Origin: Eledone cirrhosa
Taxonomy: Eukaryota
Direction: 5' to 3'
DNA: 64,000 nucleotides
NCBI GenBank assembly: GCA_964016885.1
Contig: OZ024741.1
Coordinates: 25,544,001-25,608,000 of the forward strand
Of the stretch, positions 1 through 15,000 are shown piece after piece. The position numbers were made by a program, and so were the translations under genes. The notes beneath the pieces were generated by a model that was given only the letters and a program-made list of their open reading frames with translations, did not search any database and was not told the DNA's origin. Position 1 is the first letter of the stretch, and each line of letters begins with the position of its first letter.

Positions 1-3000
1 TCACCATATTTCTAATAAAAGACACTGTCTATGTTGTTTAACCTTTTCATTACCATATTTCTAATAAAAGACAGTATGTTGTTTAACCCTTTCATTATCA
101 TATTTCTAATAAAAGACACTGTCTATGTTGTTTAACCCTTTCATTACCATATTTCTAATAAAAGACACTGTCTATGTTGTTTAACCCTTTCATTACCATA
201 TTTCTAATAAAAGACACTGTCTATGTTGTTTAACCCTTTCATTACCATATTTCTAATAAAAGACACTGTCTATGTTGTTTAACCCTTTCATTACCATATT
301 TCTAATAAAAGACACTGTCTATGTTGTTTAACCCTTTCATTACCATATTTCTAATAAAAGACACTGTCTATGTTGTTTAACCCTTTCATTACCATATTTC
401 TAAGAAAAGACACTGTCTATGTTGTTTAACCTTTTCATTACCATATTTCTAATAAAAGACAGTATGTTGTTTAACCCTTTCATTATCATATTTCTAATAA
501 AAGACACTGTCTATGTTGTTTAACCCTTTCATTATCATATTTCTAATAAAAGACACTGTCTATGTTGTTTAACCCTTTCATTACCATATTTCTAATAAAA
601 GACGCTGTCTATGGTGTTTAACCCTTTCATTACCATATTTCTAATAAAAGACACTGTCTATGTTGTTTAACCCTTTCATTACCATATTTCTAATAAAAGA
701 CACTGTCTATGTTGTTTAACCCTTTCATTACCATATTTCTAATAAAAGACACTGTCTATGTTGTTTAACCCTTTCATTACTATATTTCTAATAAAAGACA
801 CTGTCTATGTTGTTTAACCCTTTCATTACCATATTTCTAATAAAAGACACTGTCTATGTTGTTTAACCCTTTCATTACCATATTTCTAAAAGAAGACACT
901 GTCTATGTTGTTTAACCCTTTCATTATCATATTTCTAATAAAAGACACTGTCTATTTTGTTTAACCCTTTCATTATCATATTTCTAATAAAAGACGCTGT
1001 CTTTTTTAGTTTAACCCTTTCATTACCATATTTCTAACAAAAGACACTGTTTATATTGTTTAACCCTTTCATTACCATATTTCTAAGAAAAAATACTGTC
1101 TATGTTGTTTAACCCTTTCATTACCATATTTCTAATAAAAGACACTGTCTATGTTGTTTAACCCTTTCATTACCATATTTCTAATAAAAGACACTGTCTA
1201 TGTTGTTTAACCCTTTTATTACCATATTTCTAATAAAAGACACTGTCTATGTTGTTTAACCCTTTCGTTACCATATTTCTAATAGAAGACACTGTCTATG
1301 TTTTTTAACCCTTTCATTATCATATTTCTAATAAAAGACACTGTCTATGTTGTTTAACCCTTTCATTATCATATTTCTAATGAAAGACGCTGTCTTTTTT
1401 AGTTTAACCCTTTCATTACCATATTTCTAACAAAAGACACTGTCTATGTTGTTTAACCCTTTCATTACCATATTTCTAATAAAAGACACTGTCTATGTTG
1501 TTTAACCCTATCATTACCATATTTCTAATAAAAGACACTGTCTATGTTGTTTAACCCTTTCATTACCATATTTCTAAGAAAAGACACTGTCTATGTTGTT
1601 TAACCCTTTTATTACCATATTTCTAATAAAAGACAGTCTATGTTGTTTAACCCTTTCATTACCATATTTCTAATAAAAGACACTGTCTATGTTGTTTAAC
1701 TCTTTCATTACCATATTTCTAATAAAAGACACCGTCTATGTTGTTTAACCCTTTCATTACCATATTTCTAAGAAAAGACACTGTCTATGTTGTTTAACCC
1801 TTTTATTACCATATTTCTAATAAAAGACAGTCTATGTTGTTTAACCCTTTCATTACCATATTTCTAATAAAAGACACTGTCTATGTTGTTTAACTCTTTC
1901 ATTACCATATTTCTAATAAAAGACACCGTCTATGTTGTTTAACCCTTTCATTATTATATTTCTAATAAAAGACACTGTCTATGTTGTTTAACCCTTTCAT
2001 TATTATATTTCTAATAGAAGACACTATGTTGTTTAACCCTTTCACTACCATATTTCTAATAAAAGACACTGTCTATGTTGTTTAACACTTTCATTACCAT
2101 ATTTCTAATAAAAGACACTGTCTATGTTGTTTAACCCTTTCATTACCATATTTCTAAGAAAAGACACTGTCTATGTTGTTTAACCCTTTCATTACCATAT
2201 TTCTAATAAAAGACACTGTCTATGTTGTTTAACCCTTTCATTACCATATTTCTAATAAAAGACACTGTCTATGTTGTTTAACCCTTTCATTACCATATTT
2301 CTAATAAAAGACACTGTCCATGTTGTTTAACCCTTTCATTACCATATTTCTAAGAAAAGACAGTCTATGTTGTTTAACCCTTTCATTATCATATTTCTAA
2401 TAAAAGACACTGTCTATGTTGTTTAACCCTTTCATTATCATATTTCTAATAAAAGACACTGTCTATGTTGTTTAACCCTTTCATTACCATATTTCTAATA
2501 AAAGACACTGTCTATGTTGTTTAACCCTTTCATTACCATATTTCTAATAAAAGACACTGTCCATGTTGTTTAACCCTTTCATTACCATATTTCTAATAAA
2601 AGACACTGTCTATGTTGTTTAACCCTTTCATTACCATATTTCTAATAAAAGACAGTATGTTGTTTAACCCTTTCATTATCATATTTCTAATAAAAGACAC
2701 TGTCTATGTTGTTTAACCCTTTCATTACAATATTTCTAATAAAAGACGCTGTCTTTTTTAGTTTAACCCTTTCATTACCATATTTCTAACAAAAGACACT
2801 GTTTATGTTGTTTAACCCTTTCATTACCATATTTCTAATAAAAGACAGTATGTTGTTTAACCCTTTCATTATCATATTTCTAATAAAAGACACTGTCTAT
2901 GTTGTTTAACCCTTTCGTTTACATATTTCTAATAAAAGACACTGTCTATGTTGTTTAACCCTGTCATTACCATATTTCTAATAAAAGACACTGTCTATGT

Positions 3001-6000
3001 TGTTTAACCCTTTCATTACCATATTATTAATAAAAGACACTGTCTATGTTGTTTAACCCATTCATCACCATATTTCTAATAAAAGACACTGTCTATGTTG
3101 TTTAACCTTTTCATTACCATATTTCTAATAAAAGACAGTATGTTGTTTAACCCTTTCATTATCATATTTCTAATAAAAGACACTGTCTATGTTGTTTAAC
3201 CCTTTCATTACCATATTTCTAATAAAAGACACTGTCTATGTTGTTTAACCCTTTCATTACCATATTTCTAATAAAAGACACTGTCTATGTTGTTTAACCC
3301 TTTCATTACCATATTTCTAATAAAAGACACTGTCTATGTTGTTTAACCCTTTCATTACCATATTTCTAAGAAAAGACACTGTCTATGTTGTTTAACCTTT
3401 TCATTACCATATTTCTAATAAAAGACAGTATGTTGTTTAACCCTTTCATTATCATATTTCTAATAAAAGACACTGTCTATGTTGTTTAACCCTTTCATTA
3501 TCATATTTCTAATAAAAGACACTGTCTATGTTGTTTAACCCTTTCATTACCATATTTCTAATAAAAGACGCTGTCTATGGTGTTTAACCCTTTCATTACC
3601 ATATTTCTAATAAAAGACACTGTCTATGTTGTTTAACCCTTTCATTACCATATTTCTAATAAAAGACACTGTCTATGTTGTTTACCCCTTTCATTACCAT
3701 ATTTCTAATAAAAGACACTGTCTATGTTGTTTAACCCTTTCATTACTATATTTCTAATAAAAGACACTGTCTATGTTGTTTAACCCTTTCATTACCATAT
3801 TTCTAATAAAAGACACTGTCTATGTTGTTTAACCCCTTCATTACCATATTTCTAAAAGAAGACACTGTCTATGTTGTTTAACCCTTTCATTATCATATTT
3901 CTAATAAAAGACACTGTCTATTTTGTTTAACCCTTTCATTATCATATTTCTAATAAAAGACGCTGTCTTTTTTAGTTTAACCCTTTCATTACCATATTTC
4001 TAACAAAAGACACTGTTTATGTTGTTTAACCCTTTCATTACCATATTTCTAAGAAAAAATACTGTCTATGTTGTTTAACCCTTTCATTACCATATTTCTA
4101 ATAAAAGACACTGTCTATGTTGTTTAACCCTTTCATTACCATATTTCTAATAAAAGACACTGTCTATGTTGTTTAACCCTTTTATTACCATATTTCTAAT
4201 AAAAGACACTGTCTATGTTGTTTAACCCTTTCATTACCATATTTCTAATAAAAGACACTGTCTATGTTGTTTAACCCATTCATCACCATATTTCTAATAA
4301 AAGACACTGTCTATGTTGTTTAACCTTTTCATTACCATATTTCTAATAAAAGACAGTATGTTGTTTAACCCTTTCATTATCATATTTCTAATAAAAGACA
4401 CTGTCTATGTTGTTTAACCCTTTCATTACCATATTTCTAATAAAAGACACTGTCTATGTTGTTTAACCCTTTCATTACCATATTTCTAATAAAAGACACT
4501 GTCTATGTTGTTTAACCCTTTCATTACCATATTTCTAATAAAAGACACTGTCTATGTTGTTTAACCCTTTCATTACCATATTTCTAATAAAAGACACTGT
4601 CTATGTTGTTTAACCCTTTCATTACCATATTTCTAATAAAAGACACTGTCTATGTTGTTTAACCCTTTCATTACCATATTTCTAAGAAAAGACACTGTCT
4701 ATGTTGTTTAACCTTTTCATTACCATATTTCTAATAAAAGACAGTATGTTGTTTAACCCTTTCATTATCATATTTCTAATAAAAGACACTGTCTATGTTG
4801 TTTAACCCTTTCATTATCATATTTCTAATAAAAGACACTGTCTATGTTGTTTAACCCTTTCATTACCATATTTCTAATAAAAGACGCTGTCTATGGTGTT
4901 TAACCCTTTCATTACCATATTTCTAATAAAAGACACTGTCTATGTTGTTTAACCCTTTCATTACCATATTTCTAATAAAAGACACTGTCTATGTTGTTTA
5001 ACCCTTTCATTACCATATTTCTAATAAAAGACACTGTCTATGTTGTTTAACCCTTTCATTACTATATTTCTAATAAAAGACACTGTCTATGTTGTTTAAC
5101 CCTTTCATTACCATATTTCTAATAAAAGACACTGTCTATGTTGTTTAACCCTTTCATTACCATATTTCTAAAAGAAGACACTGTCTATGTTGTTTAACCC
5201 TTTCATTATCATATTTCTAATAAAAGACACTGTCTATTTTGTTTAACCCTTTCATTATCATATTTCTAATAAAAGACGCTGTCTTTTTTAGTTTAACCCT
5301 TTCATTACCATATTTCTAACAAAAGACACTGTTTATGTTGTTTAACCCTTTCATTACCATATTTCTAAGAAAAAATACTGTCTATGTTGTTTAACCCTTT
5401 CATTACCATATTTCTAATAAAAGACACTGTCTATGTTGTTTAACCCTTTCATTACCATATTTCTAATAAAAGACACTGTCTATGTTGTTTAACCCTTTTA
5501 TTACCATATTTCTAATAAAAGACACTGTCTATGTTGTTTAACCCTTTCGTTACCATATTTCTAATAGAAGACACTGTCTATGTTTTTTAACCCTTTCATT
5601 ATCATATTTCTAATAAAAGACACTGTCTATGTTGTTTAACCCTTTCATTATCATATTTCTAATGAAAGACGCTGTCTTTTTTAGTTTAACCCTTTCATTA
5701 CCATATTTCTAACAAAAGACACTGTCTATGTTGTTTAACCCTTTCATTACCATATTTCTAATAAAAGACACTGTCTATGTTGTTTAACCCTATCATTACC
5801 ACATTTCTAATAAAAGACACTGTCTATGTTGTTTAACCCTTTCATTACCATATTTCTAAGAAAAGACACTGTCTATGTTGTTTAACCCTTTTATTACCAT
5901 ATTTCTAATAAAAGACAGTCTATGTTGTTTAACCCTTTCATTACCATATTTCTAATAAAAGACACTGTCTATGTTGTTTAACTCTTTCATTACCATATTT

Positions 6001-9000
6001 CTAATAAAAGACACCGTCTATGTTGTTTAACCCTTTCATTACCATATTTCTAAGAAAAGACACTGTCTATGTTGTTTAACCCTTTTATTACCATATTTCT
6101 AATAAAAGACAGTCTATGTTGTTTAACCCTTTCATTACCATATTTCTAATAAAAGACACTGTCTATGTTGTTTAACTCTTTCATTACCATATTTCTAATA
6201 AAAGACACCGTCTATGTTGTTTAACCCTTTCATTATTATATTTCTAATAAAAGACACTGTCTATGTTGTTTAACCCTTTCATTATTATATTTCTAATAGA
6301 AGACACTATGTTGTTTAACCCTTTCACTACCATATTTCTAATAAAAGACACTGTCTATGTTGTTTAACACTTTCATTACCATATTTCTAATAAAAGACAC
6401 TGTCTATGTTGTTTAACCCTTTCATTACCATATTTCTAAGAAAAGACACTGTCTATGTTGTTTAACCCTTTCATTACCATATTTCTAATAAAAGACACTG
6501 TCTATGTTGTTTAACCCTTTCATTACCATATTTCTAATAAAAGACACTGTCTATGTTGTTTAACTCTTTCATTACCATGTTTCTAATAAAAGACACTGTC
6601 TATGTTGTTTAACCCTTTCATTACCATATTTCTAAGAAAAGACACTGTCTATGTTGTTTAACCCTTTCATTACCATATTTCTAATAAAAGACGGTCTATG
6701 TTGTTTAACCCTTTTATTACCATATTTCTAATAAAAGACACTGTCTATGTTGTTTAACCCTTTCATTACCATATTTCTAATAGAAGACACTGTCTATGTT
6801 GTTTAACCCTTTCATTACCATATTTCTAAGAAAAGACACTGTCTATGTTGTTTAACCCTTTCATTACCATATTTCTAATAAAAGACGGTCTATGTTGTTT
6901 AACCCTTTTATTACCATATTTCTAATAAAAGACACTGTTTATGTTGTTTAACCCTTTCATTACCATATTTCTAATAAAAGACAGTATGTTGTTTAACCCT
7001 TTCATTATCATATTTCTAATAAAAGACACTGTCTATGTTGTTTAATCCTTTCATTATCATATTTCTAATAAAAGACACTGTCTATGTTGTTTAATCCTTT
7101 CATTACCATATTTCTAATAAAAGACGCTGTCTATGTTGTTTAACCCTTTCATTACCATATTTCTAATAAAAGACACTGTCTATGTTGTTTAACCCTTTCA
7201 TTACCATATTTCTAATAAAAGACGGTCTATGTTGTTTAACCCTTTTATTACCATATTTCTAATAAAAGACACTGTCTATGTTGTTTAACCCTTTCATTAT
7301 CATATTTCTAATAAAAGACACTGTCTATTTTGTTTAACCCTTTCATTATCATATTTCTAATAAAAGACGCTGTCTTTTTTAGTTTAACCCTTTCATTACC
7401 ATATTTCTAACAAAAGACACTGTTTATGTTGTTTAACCCTTTCATTACCATATTTCTAAGAAAAAATACTGTCTATGTTGTTTAACCCTTTCATTACCAT
7501 ATTTCTAATAAAAGACACTGTCTATGTTGTTTAACCCTTTCATTACCATATTTCTAATAAAAGACACTGTCTATGTTGTTTAACCCTTTTATTACCATAT
7601 TTCTAATAAAAGACACTGTCTATGTTGTTTAACCCTTTCGTTACCATATTTCTAATAGAAGACACTGTCTATGTTTTTTAACCCTTTCATTATCATATTT
7701 CTAATAAAAGACACTGTCTATGTTGTTTAACCCTTTCATTATCATATTTCTAATGAAAGACGCTGTCTTTTTTAGTTTAACCCTTTCATTACCATATTTC
7801 TAACAAAAGACACTGTCTATGTTGTTTAACCCTTTCATTACCATATTTCTAATAAAAGACACTGTCTATGTTGTTTAACCCTATCATTACCACATTTCTA
7901 ATAAAAGACACTGTCTATGTTGTTTAACCCTTTCATTACCATATTTCTAAGAAAAGACACTGTCTATGTTGTTTAACCCTTTTATTACCATATTTCTAAT
8001 AAAAGACAGTCTATGTTGTTTAACCCTTTCATTACCATATTTCTAATAAAAGACACTGTCTATGTTGTTTAACTCTTTCATTACCATATTTCTAATAAAA
8101 GACACCGTCTATGTTGTTTAACCCTTTCATTACCATATTTCTAAGAAAAGACACTGTCTATGTTGTTTAACCCTTTTATTACCATATTTCTAATAAAAGA
8201 CAGTCTATGTTGTTTAACCCTTTCATTACCATATTTCTAATAAAAGACACTGTCTATGTTGTTTAACTCTTTCATTACCATATTTCTAATAAAAGACACC
8301 GTCTATGTTGTTTAACCCTTTCATTATTATATTTCTAATAAAAGACACTGTCTATGTTGTTTAACCCTTTCATTATTATATTTCTAATAGAAGACACTAT
8401 GTTGTTTAACCCTTTCACTACCATATTTCTAATAAAAGACACTGTCTATGTTGTTTAACACTTTCATTACCATATTTCTAATAAAAGACACTGTCTATGT
8501 TGTTTAACCCTTTCATTACCATATTTCTAAGAAAAGACACTGTCTATGTTGTTTAACCCTTTCATTACCATATTTCTAATAAAAGACACTGTCTATGTTG
8601 TTTAACCCTTTCATTACCATATTTCTAATAAAAGACACTGTCTATGTTGTTTAACTCTTTCATTACCATGTTTCTAATAAAAGACACTGTCTATGTTGTT
8701 TAACCCTTTCATTACCATATTTCTAAGAAAAGACACTGTCTATGTTGTTTAACCCTTTCATTACCATATTTCTAATAAAAGACGGTCTATGTTGTTTAAC
8801 CCTTTTATTACCATATTTCTAATAAAAGACACTGTCTATGTTGTTTAACCCTTTCATTACCATATTTCTAATAGAAGACACTGTCTATGTTGTTTAACCC
8901 TTTCATTACCATATTTCTAAGAAAAGACACTGTCTATGTTGTTTAACCCTTTCATTACCATATTTCTAATAAAAGACGGTCTATGTTGTTTAACCCTTTT

Positions 9001-12000
9001 ATTACCATATTTCTAATAAAAGACACTGTTTATGTTGTTTAACCCTTTCATTACCATATTTCTAATAAAAGACAGTATGTTGTTTAACCCTTTCATTATC
9101 ATATTTCTAATAAAAGACACTGTCTATGTTGTTTAATCCTTTCATTATCATATTTCTAATAAAAGACACTGTCTATGTTGTTTAATCCTTTCATTACCAT
9201 ATTTCTAATAAAAGACGCTGTCTATGTTGTTTAACCCTTTCATTACCATATTTCTAATAAAAGACACTGTCTATGTTGTTTAACCCTTTCATTACCATAT
9301 TTCTAATAAAAGACGGTCTATGTTGTTTAACCCTTTTATTACCATATTTCTAATAAAAGACACTGTCTATGTTGTTTAACCCTTTCATTATCATATTTCT
9401 AATAAAAGACACTGTCTATGTTGTTTAATCCTTTCATTACCATATTTCTAATAAAAGACGCTGTCTATGTTGTTTAACCCTTTCATTACCATATTTCTAA
9501 TAAAAGACACTGTCTATGTTGTTTAACCCTTTCATTACCATATTTCTAATAAAAGACACTGTCTATGTTGTTTAACCCTTTCATTACCATATTTCTAATA
9601 AAAGACACTGTCTATGTTGTTTAACCCTTTCATTATCATATTTCTAATAAAAGACACTGTCTATGTTGTTTAACCCTTTCATTACCATATTTCTAATAAA
9701 AGACACTGTCTATGTTGTTTAACCCTTTCATTACCATATTTCTAATAAAAGACACTGTCTATGTTGTTTAACACTTTCATTACCATATTTCTAATAAAAG
9801 ACACTGTCTATGTTGTTTAACCCTTTCATTACCATATTTCTAATAAAAGACACTGTCTATGTTGTTTAACCCTTTCATTACCATATTTCTAATAAAAGAC
9901 ACTGTCTATGTTGTTTAACCCTTTCATTACCATATTTCTAATAAAAGACACTGTCTATGTTGTTTAACCCTTTCATTACCATATTTCTAATAAAAGACAC
10001 TGTCTATGTTGTTTAACCCTTTCATTACCATATTTCTAATAAAAGACACTGTCTATGATGTTTAACCATTTCATTATCATATTTCTAATAAAAGACACTG
10101 TCTATGTTGTTTAACCCTTTCATTACCATATTTCTAATAAAAGACACTGTCTATGTTGTTTAACCCTTTCATTACCATATTTCTAATAAAAGACACTGTC
10201 TATGTTGTTTAACCCTTACATTACCATATTTCTAATAAAAGACACTGTCTATGTTGTTTAACCCTTTCATTACCATATTTCTAATAAAAGACACTGTCTA
10301 TGTTGTTTAACCCTTTCATTACCATATTTCTAAAAGAAGACACTGTCTATGTTGTTTAACCCTTTCATTATCATATTTCTAATAAAAGACACTGTCTATT
10401 TTGTTTAACCCTTTCATTATCATATTTCTAATAAAAGACGCTGTCTTTTTTAGTTTAACCCTTTCATTACCATATTTCTAACAAAAGACACTGTTTATGT
10501 TGTTTAACCCTTTCATTACCATATTTCTAAGAAAAAATACTGTCTATGTTGTTTAACCCTTTCATTACCATATTTCTAATAAAAGACACTGTCTATGTTG
10601 TTTAACCCTTTCATTACCATATTTCTAATAAAAGACACTGTGTATGTTGTTTAACCCTTTTATTACCATATTTCTAATAAAAGACACTGTCTATGTTGTT
10701 TAACCCTTTCGTTACCATATTTCTAATAGAAGACACTGTCTATGTTTTTTAACCCTTTCATTATCATATTTCTAATAAAAGACACTGTCTATGTTGTTTA
10801 ACCCTTTCATTATCATATTTCTAATGAAAGACGCTGTCTTTTTTAGTTTAACCCTTTCATTACCATATTTCTAACAAAAGACACTGTCTATGTTGTTTAA
10901 CCCTTTCATTACCATATTTCTAATAAAAGACACTGTCTATGTTGTTTAACCCTATCATTACCATATTTCTAATAAAAGACACTGTCTATGTTGTTTAACC
11001 CTTTCATTACCATATTTCTAAGAAAAGACACTGTCTATGTTGTTTAACCCTTTTATTACCATATTTCTAATAAAAGACAGTCTATGTTGTTTAACCCTTT
11101 CATTACCATATTTCTAATAAAAGACACTGTCTATGTTGTTTAACTCTTTCATTACCATATTTCTAATAAAACACACCGTCTATGTTGTTTAACCCTTTCA
11201 TTACCATATTTCTAAGAAAAGACACTGTCTATGTTGTTTAACCCTTTTATTACCATATTTCTAATAAAAGACAGTCTATGTTGTTTAACCCTTTCATTAC
11301 CATATTTCTAATAAAAGACACTGTCTATGTTGTTTAACTCTTTCATTACCATATTTCTAATAAAAGACACCGTCTATGTTGTTTAACCCTTTCATTATTA
11401 TATTTCTAATAAAAGACACTGTCTATGTTGTTTAACCATTTCATTATTATATTTCTAATAGAAGACACTATGTTGTTTAACCCTTTCACTACCATATTTC
11501 TAATAAAAGACACTGTCTATGTTGTTTAACACTTTCATTACCATATTTCTAATAAAAGACACTGTCTATGTTGTTTAACCCTTTCATTACCATATTTCTA
11601 AGAAAAGACACTGTCTATGTTGTTTGACCCTTTCATTACCATATTTCTAATAAAAGACACTGTCTATGTTGTTTAACACTTTCATTACCATATTTCTAAT
11701 AAAAGACACTGTCTATGTTGTTTAACCCTTTCATTACCATATTTCTAATAAAAGACACTGTCTATGTTGTTTAACCCTTTCATTACCATATTTCTAATAA
11801 AAGACACTGTCTATGTTGTTTAACCCTTTCATTACCATATTTCTAATAAAAGACACTGTCTATGTTGTTTAACCCTTTCATTACCATATTTCTAATAAAA
11901 GACACTGTCTATGTTGTTTAACCCTTTCATTACCATATTTCTAATAAAAGACACTGTCTATGATGTTTAACCATTTCATTATCATATTTCTAATAAAAGA

Positions 12001-15000
12001 CACTGTCTATGTTGTTTAACCCTTTCATTACCATATTTCTAATAAAAGACACTGTCTATGTTGTTTAACCCTTTCATTACCATATTTCTAATAAAAGACA
12101 CTGTCTATGTTGTTTAACCCTTACATTACCATATTTCTAATAAAAGACACTGCCTATGTTGTTTAACCCTTTCATTACCATATTTCTAATAAAAGACACT
12201 GTCTATGTTGTTTAACCCTTTCATTACCATATTTCTAAAAGAAGACACTGTCTATGTTGTTTAACCCTTTCATTATCATATTTCTAATAAAAGACACTGT
12301 CTATTTTGTTTAACCCTTTCATTATCATATTTCTAATAAAAGACGCTGTCTTTTTTAGTTTAACCCTTTCATTACCATATTTCTAACAAAAGACACTGTT
12401 TATGTTGTTTAACCCTTTCATTACCATATTTCTAAGAAAAAATACTGTCTATGTTGTTTAACCCTTTCATTACCATATTTCTAATAAAAGACACTGTCTA
12501 TGTTGTTTAACCCTTTCATTACCATATTTCTAATAAAAGACACTGTCTATGTTGTTTAACCCTTTTATTACCATATTTCTAATAAAAGACACTGTCTATG
12601 TTGTTTAACCCTTTCGTTACCATATTTCTAATAGAAGACACTGTCTATGTTTTTTAACCCTTTCATTATCATATTTCTAATAAAAGACACTGTCTATGTT
12701 GTTTAACCCTTTCATTATCATATTTCTAATGAAAGACGCTGTCTTTTTTAGTTTAACCCTTTCATTACCATATTTCTAACAAAAGACACTGTCTATGTTG
12801 TTTATCCCTTTCATTACCATATTTCTAATAAAAGACACTGTCTATGTTGTTTAACCCTATCATTACCATATTTCTAATAAAAGACACTGTCTATGTTGTT
12901 TAACCCTTTCATTACCATATTTCTAAGAAAAGACACTGTCTATGTTGTTTAACCCTTTCATTACCATATTTCTAAAAGAAGACACTGTCTATGTTGTTTA
13001 ACCCTTTCATTATCATATTTCTAATAAAAGACACTGTCTATTTTGTTTAACCCTTTCATTATCATATTTCTAATAAAAGACGCTGTCTTTTTTAGTTTAA
13101 CCCTTTCATTACCATATTTCTAACAAAAGACACTGTTTATGTTGTTTAACCCTTTCATTACCATATTTCTAAGAAAAAATACTGTCTATGTTGTTTAACC
13201 CTTTCATTACCATATTTCTAATAAAAGACACTGTCTATGTTGTTTAACCCTTTCATTACCATATTTCTAATAAAAGACACTGTGTATGTTGTTTAACCCT
13301 TTTATTACCATATTTCTAATAAAAGACACTGTCTATGTTGTTTAACCCTTTCGTTACCATATTTCTAATAGAAGACACTGTCTATGTTTTTTAACCCTTT
13401 CATTATCATATTTCTAATAAAAGACACTGTCTATGTTGTTTAACCCTTTCATTATCATATTTCTAATGAAAGACGCTGTCTTTTTTAGTTTAACCCTTTC
13501 ATTACCATATTTCTAACAAAAGACACTGTCTATGTTGTTTAACCCTTTCATTACCATATTTCTAATAAAAGACACTGTCTATGTTGTTTAACCCTATCAT
13601 TACCATATTTCTAATAAAAGACACTGTCTATGTTGTTTAACCCTTTCATTACCATATTTCTAAGAAAAGACACTGTCTATGTTGTTTAACCCTTTTATTA
13701 CCATATTTCTAATAAAAGACAGTCTATGTTGTTTAACCCTTTCATTACCATATTTCTAATAAAAGACACTGTCTATGTTGTTTAACTCTTTCATTACCAT
13801 ATTTCTAATAAAACACACCGTCTATGTTGTTTAACCCTTTCATTACCATATTTCTAAGAAAAGACACTGTCTATGTTGTTTAACCCTTTTATTACCATAT
13901 TTCTAATAAAAGACAGTCTATGTTGTTTAACCCTTTCATTACCATATTTCTAATAAAAGACACTGTCTATGTTGTTTAACTCTTTCATTACCATATTTCT
14001 AATAAAAGACACCGTCTATGTTGTTTAACCCTTTCATTATTATATTTCTAATAAAAGACACTGTCTATGTTGTTTAACCATTTCATTATTATATTTCTAA
14101 TAGAAGACACTATGTTGTTTAACCCTTTCACTACCATATTTCTAATAAAAGACACTGTCTATGTTGTTTAACACTTTCATTACCATATTTCTAATAAAAG
14201 ACACTGTCTATGTTGTTTAACCCTTTCATTACCATATTTCTAAGAAAAGACACTGTCTATGTTGTTTGACCCTTTCATTACCATATTTCTAATAAAAGAC
14301 ACTGTCTATGTTGTTTAACACTTTCATTACCATATTTCTAATAAAAGACACTGTCTATGTTGTTTAACCCTTTCATTACCATATTTCTAATAAAAGACAC
14401 TGTCTATGTTGTTTAACCCTTTCATTACCATATTTCTAATAAAAGACACTGTCTATGTTGTTTAACCCTTTCATTACCATATTTCTAATAAAAGACACTG
14501 TCTATGTTGTTTAACCCTTTCATTACCATATTTCTAATAAAAGACACTGTCTATGTTGTTTAACCCTTTCATTACCATATTTCTAATAAAAGACACTGTC
14601 TATGATGTTTAACCATTTCATTATCATATTTCTAATAAAAGACACTGTCTATGTTGTTTAACCCTTTCATTACCATATTTCTAATAAAAGACACTGTCTA
14701 TGTTGTTTAACCCTTTCATTACCATATTTCTAATAAAAGACACTGTCTATGTTGTTTAACCCTTACATTACCATATTTCTAATAAAAGACACTGCCTATG
14801 TTGTTTAACCCTTTCATTACCATATTTCTAATAAAAGACACTGTCTATGTTGTTTAACCCTTTCATTACCATATTTCTAAAAGAAGACACTGTCTATGTT
14901 GTTTAACCCTTTCATTATCATATTTCTAATAAAAGACACTGTCTATTTTGTTTAACCCTTTCATTATCATATTTCTAATAAAAGACGCTGTCTTTTTTAG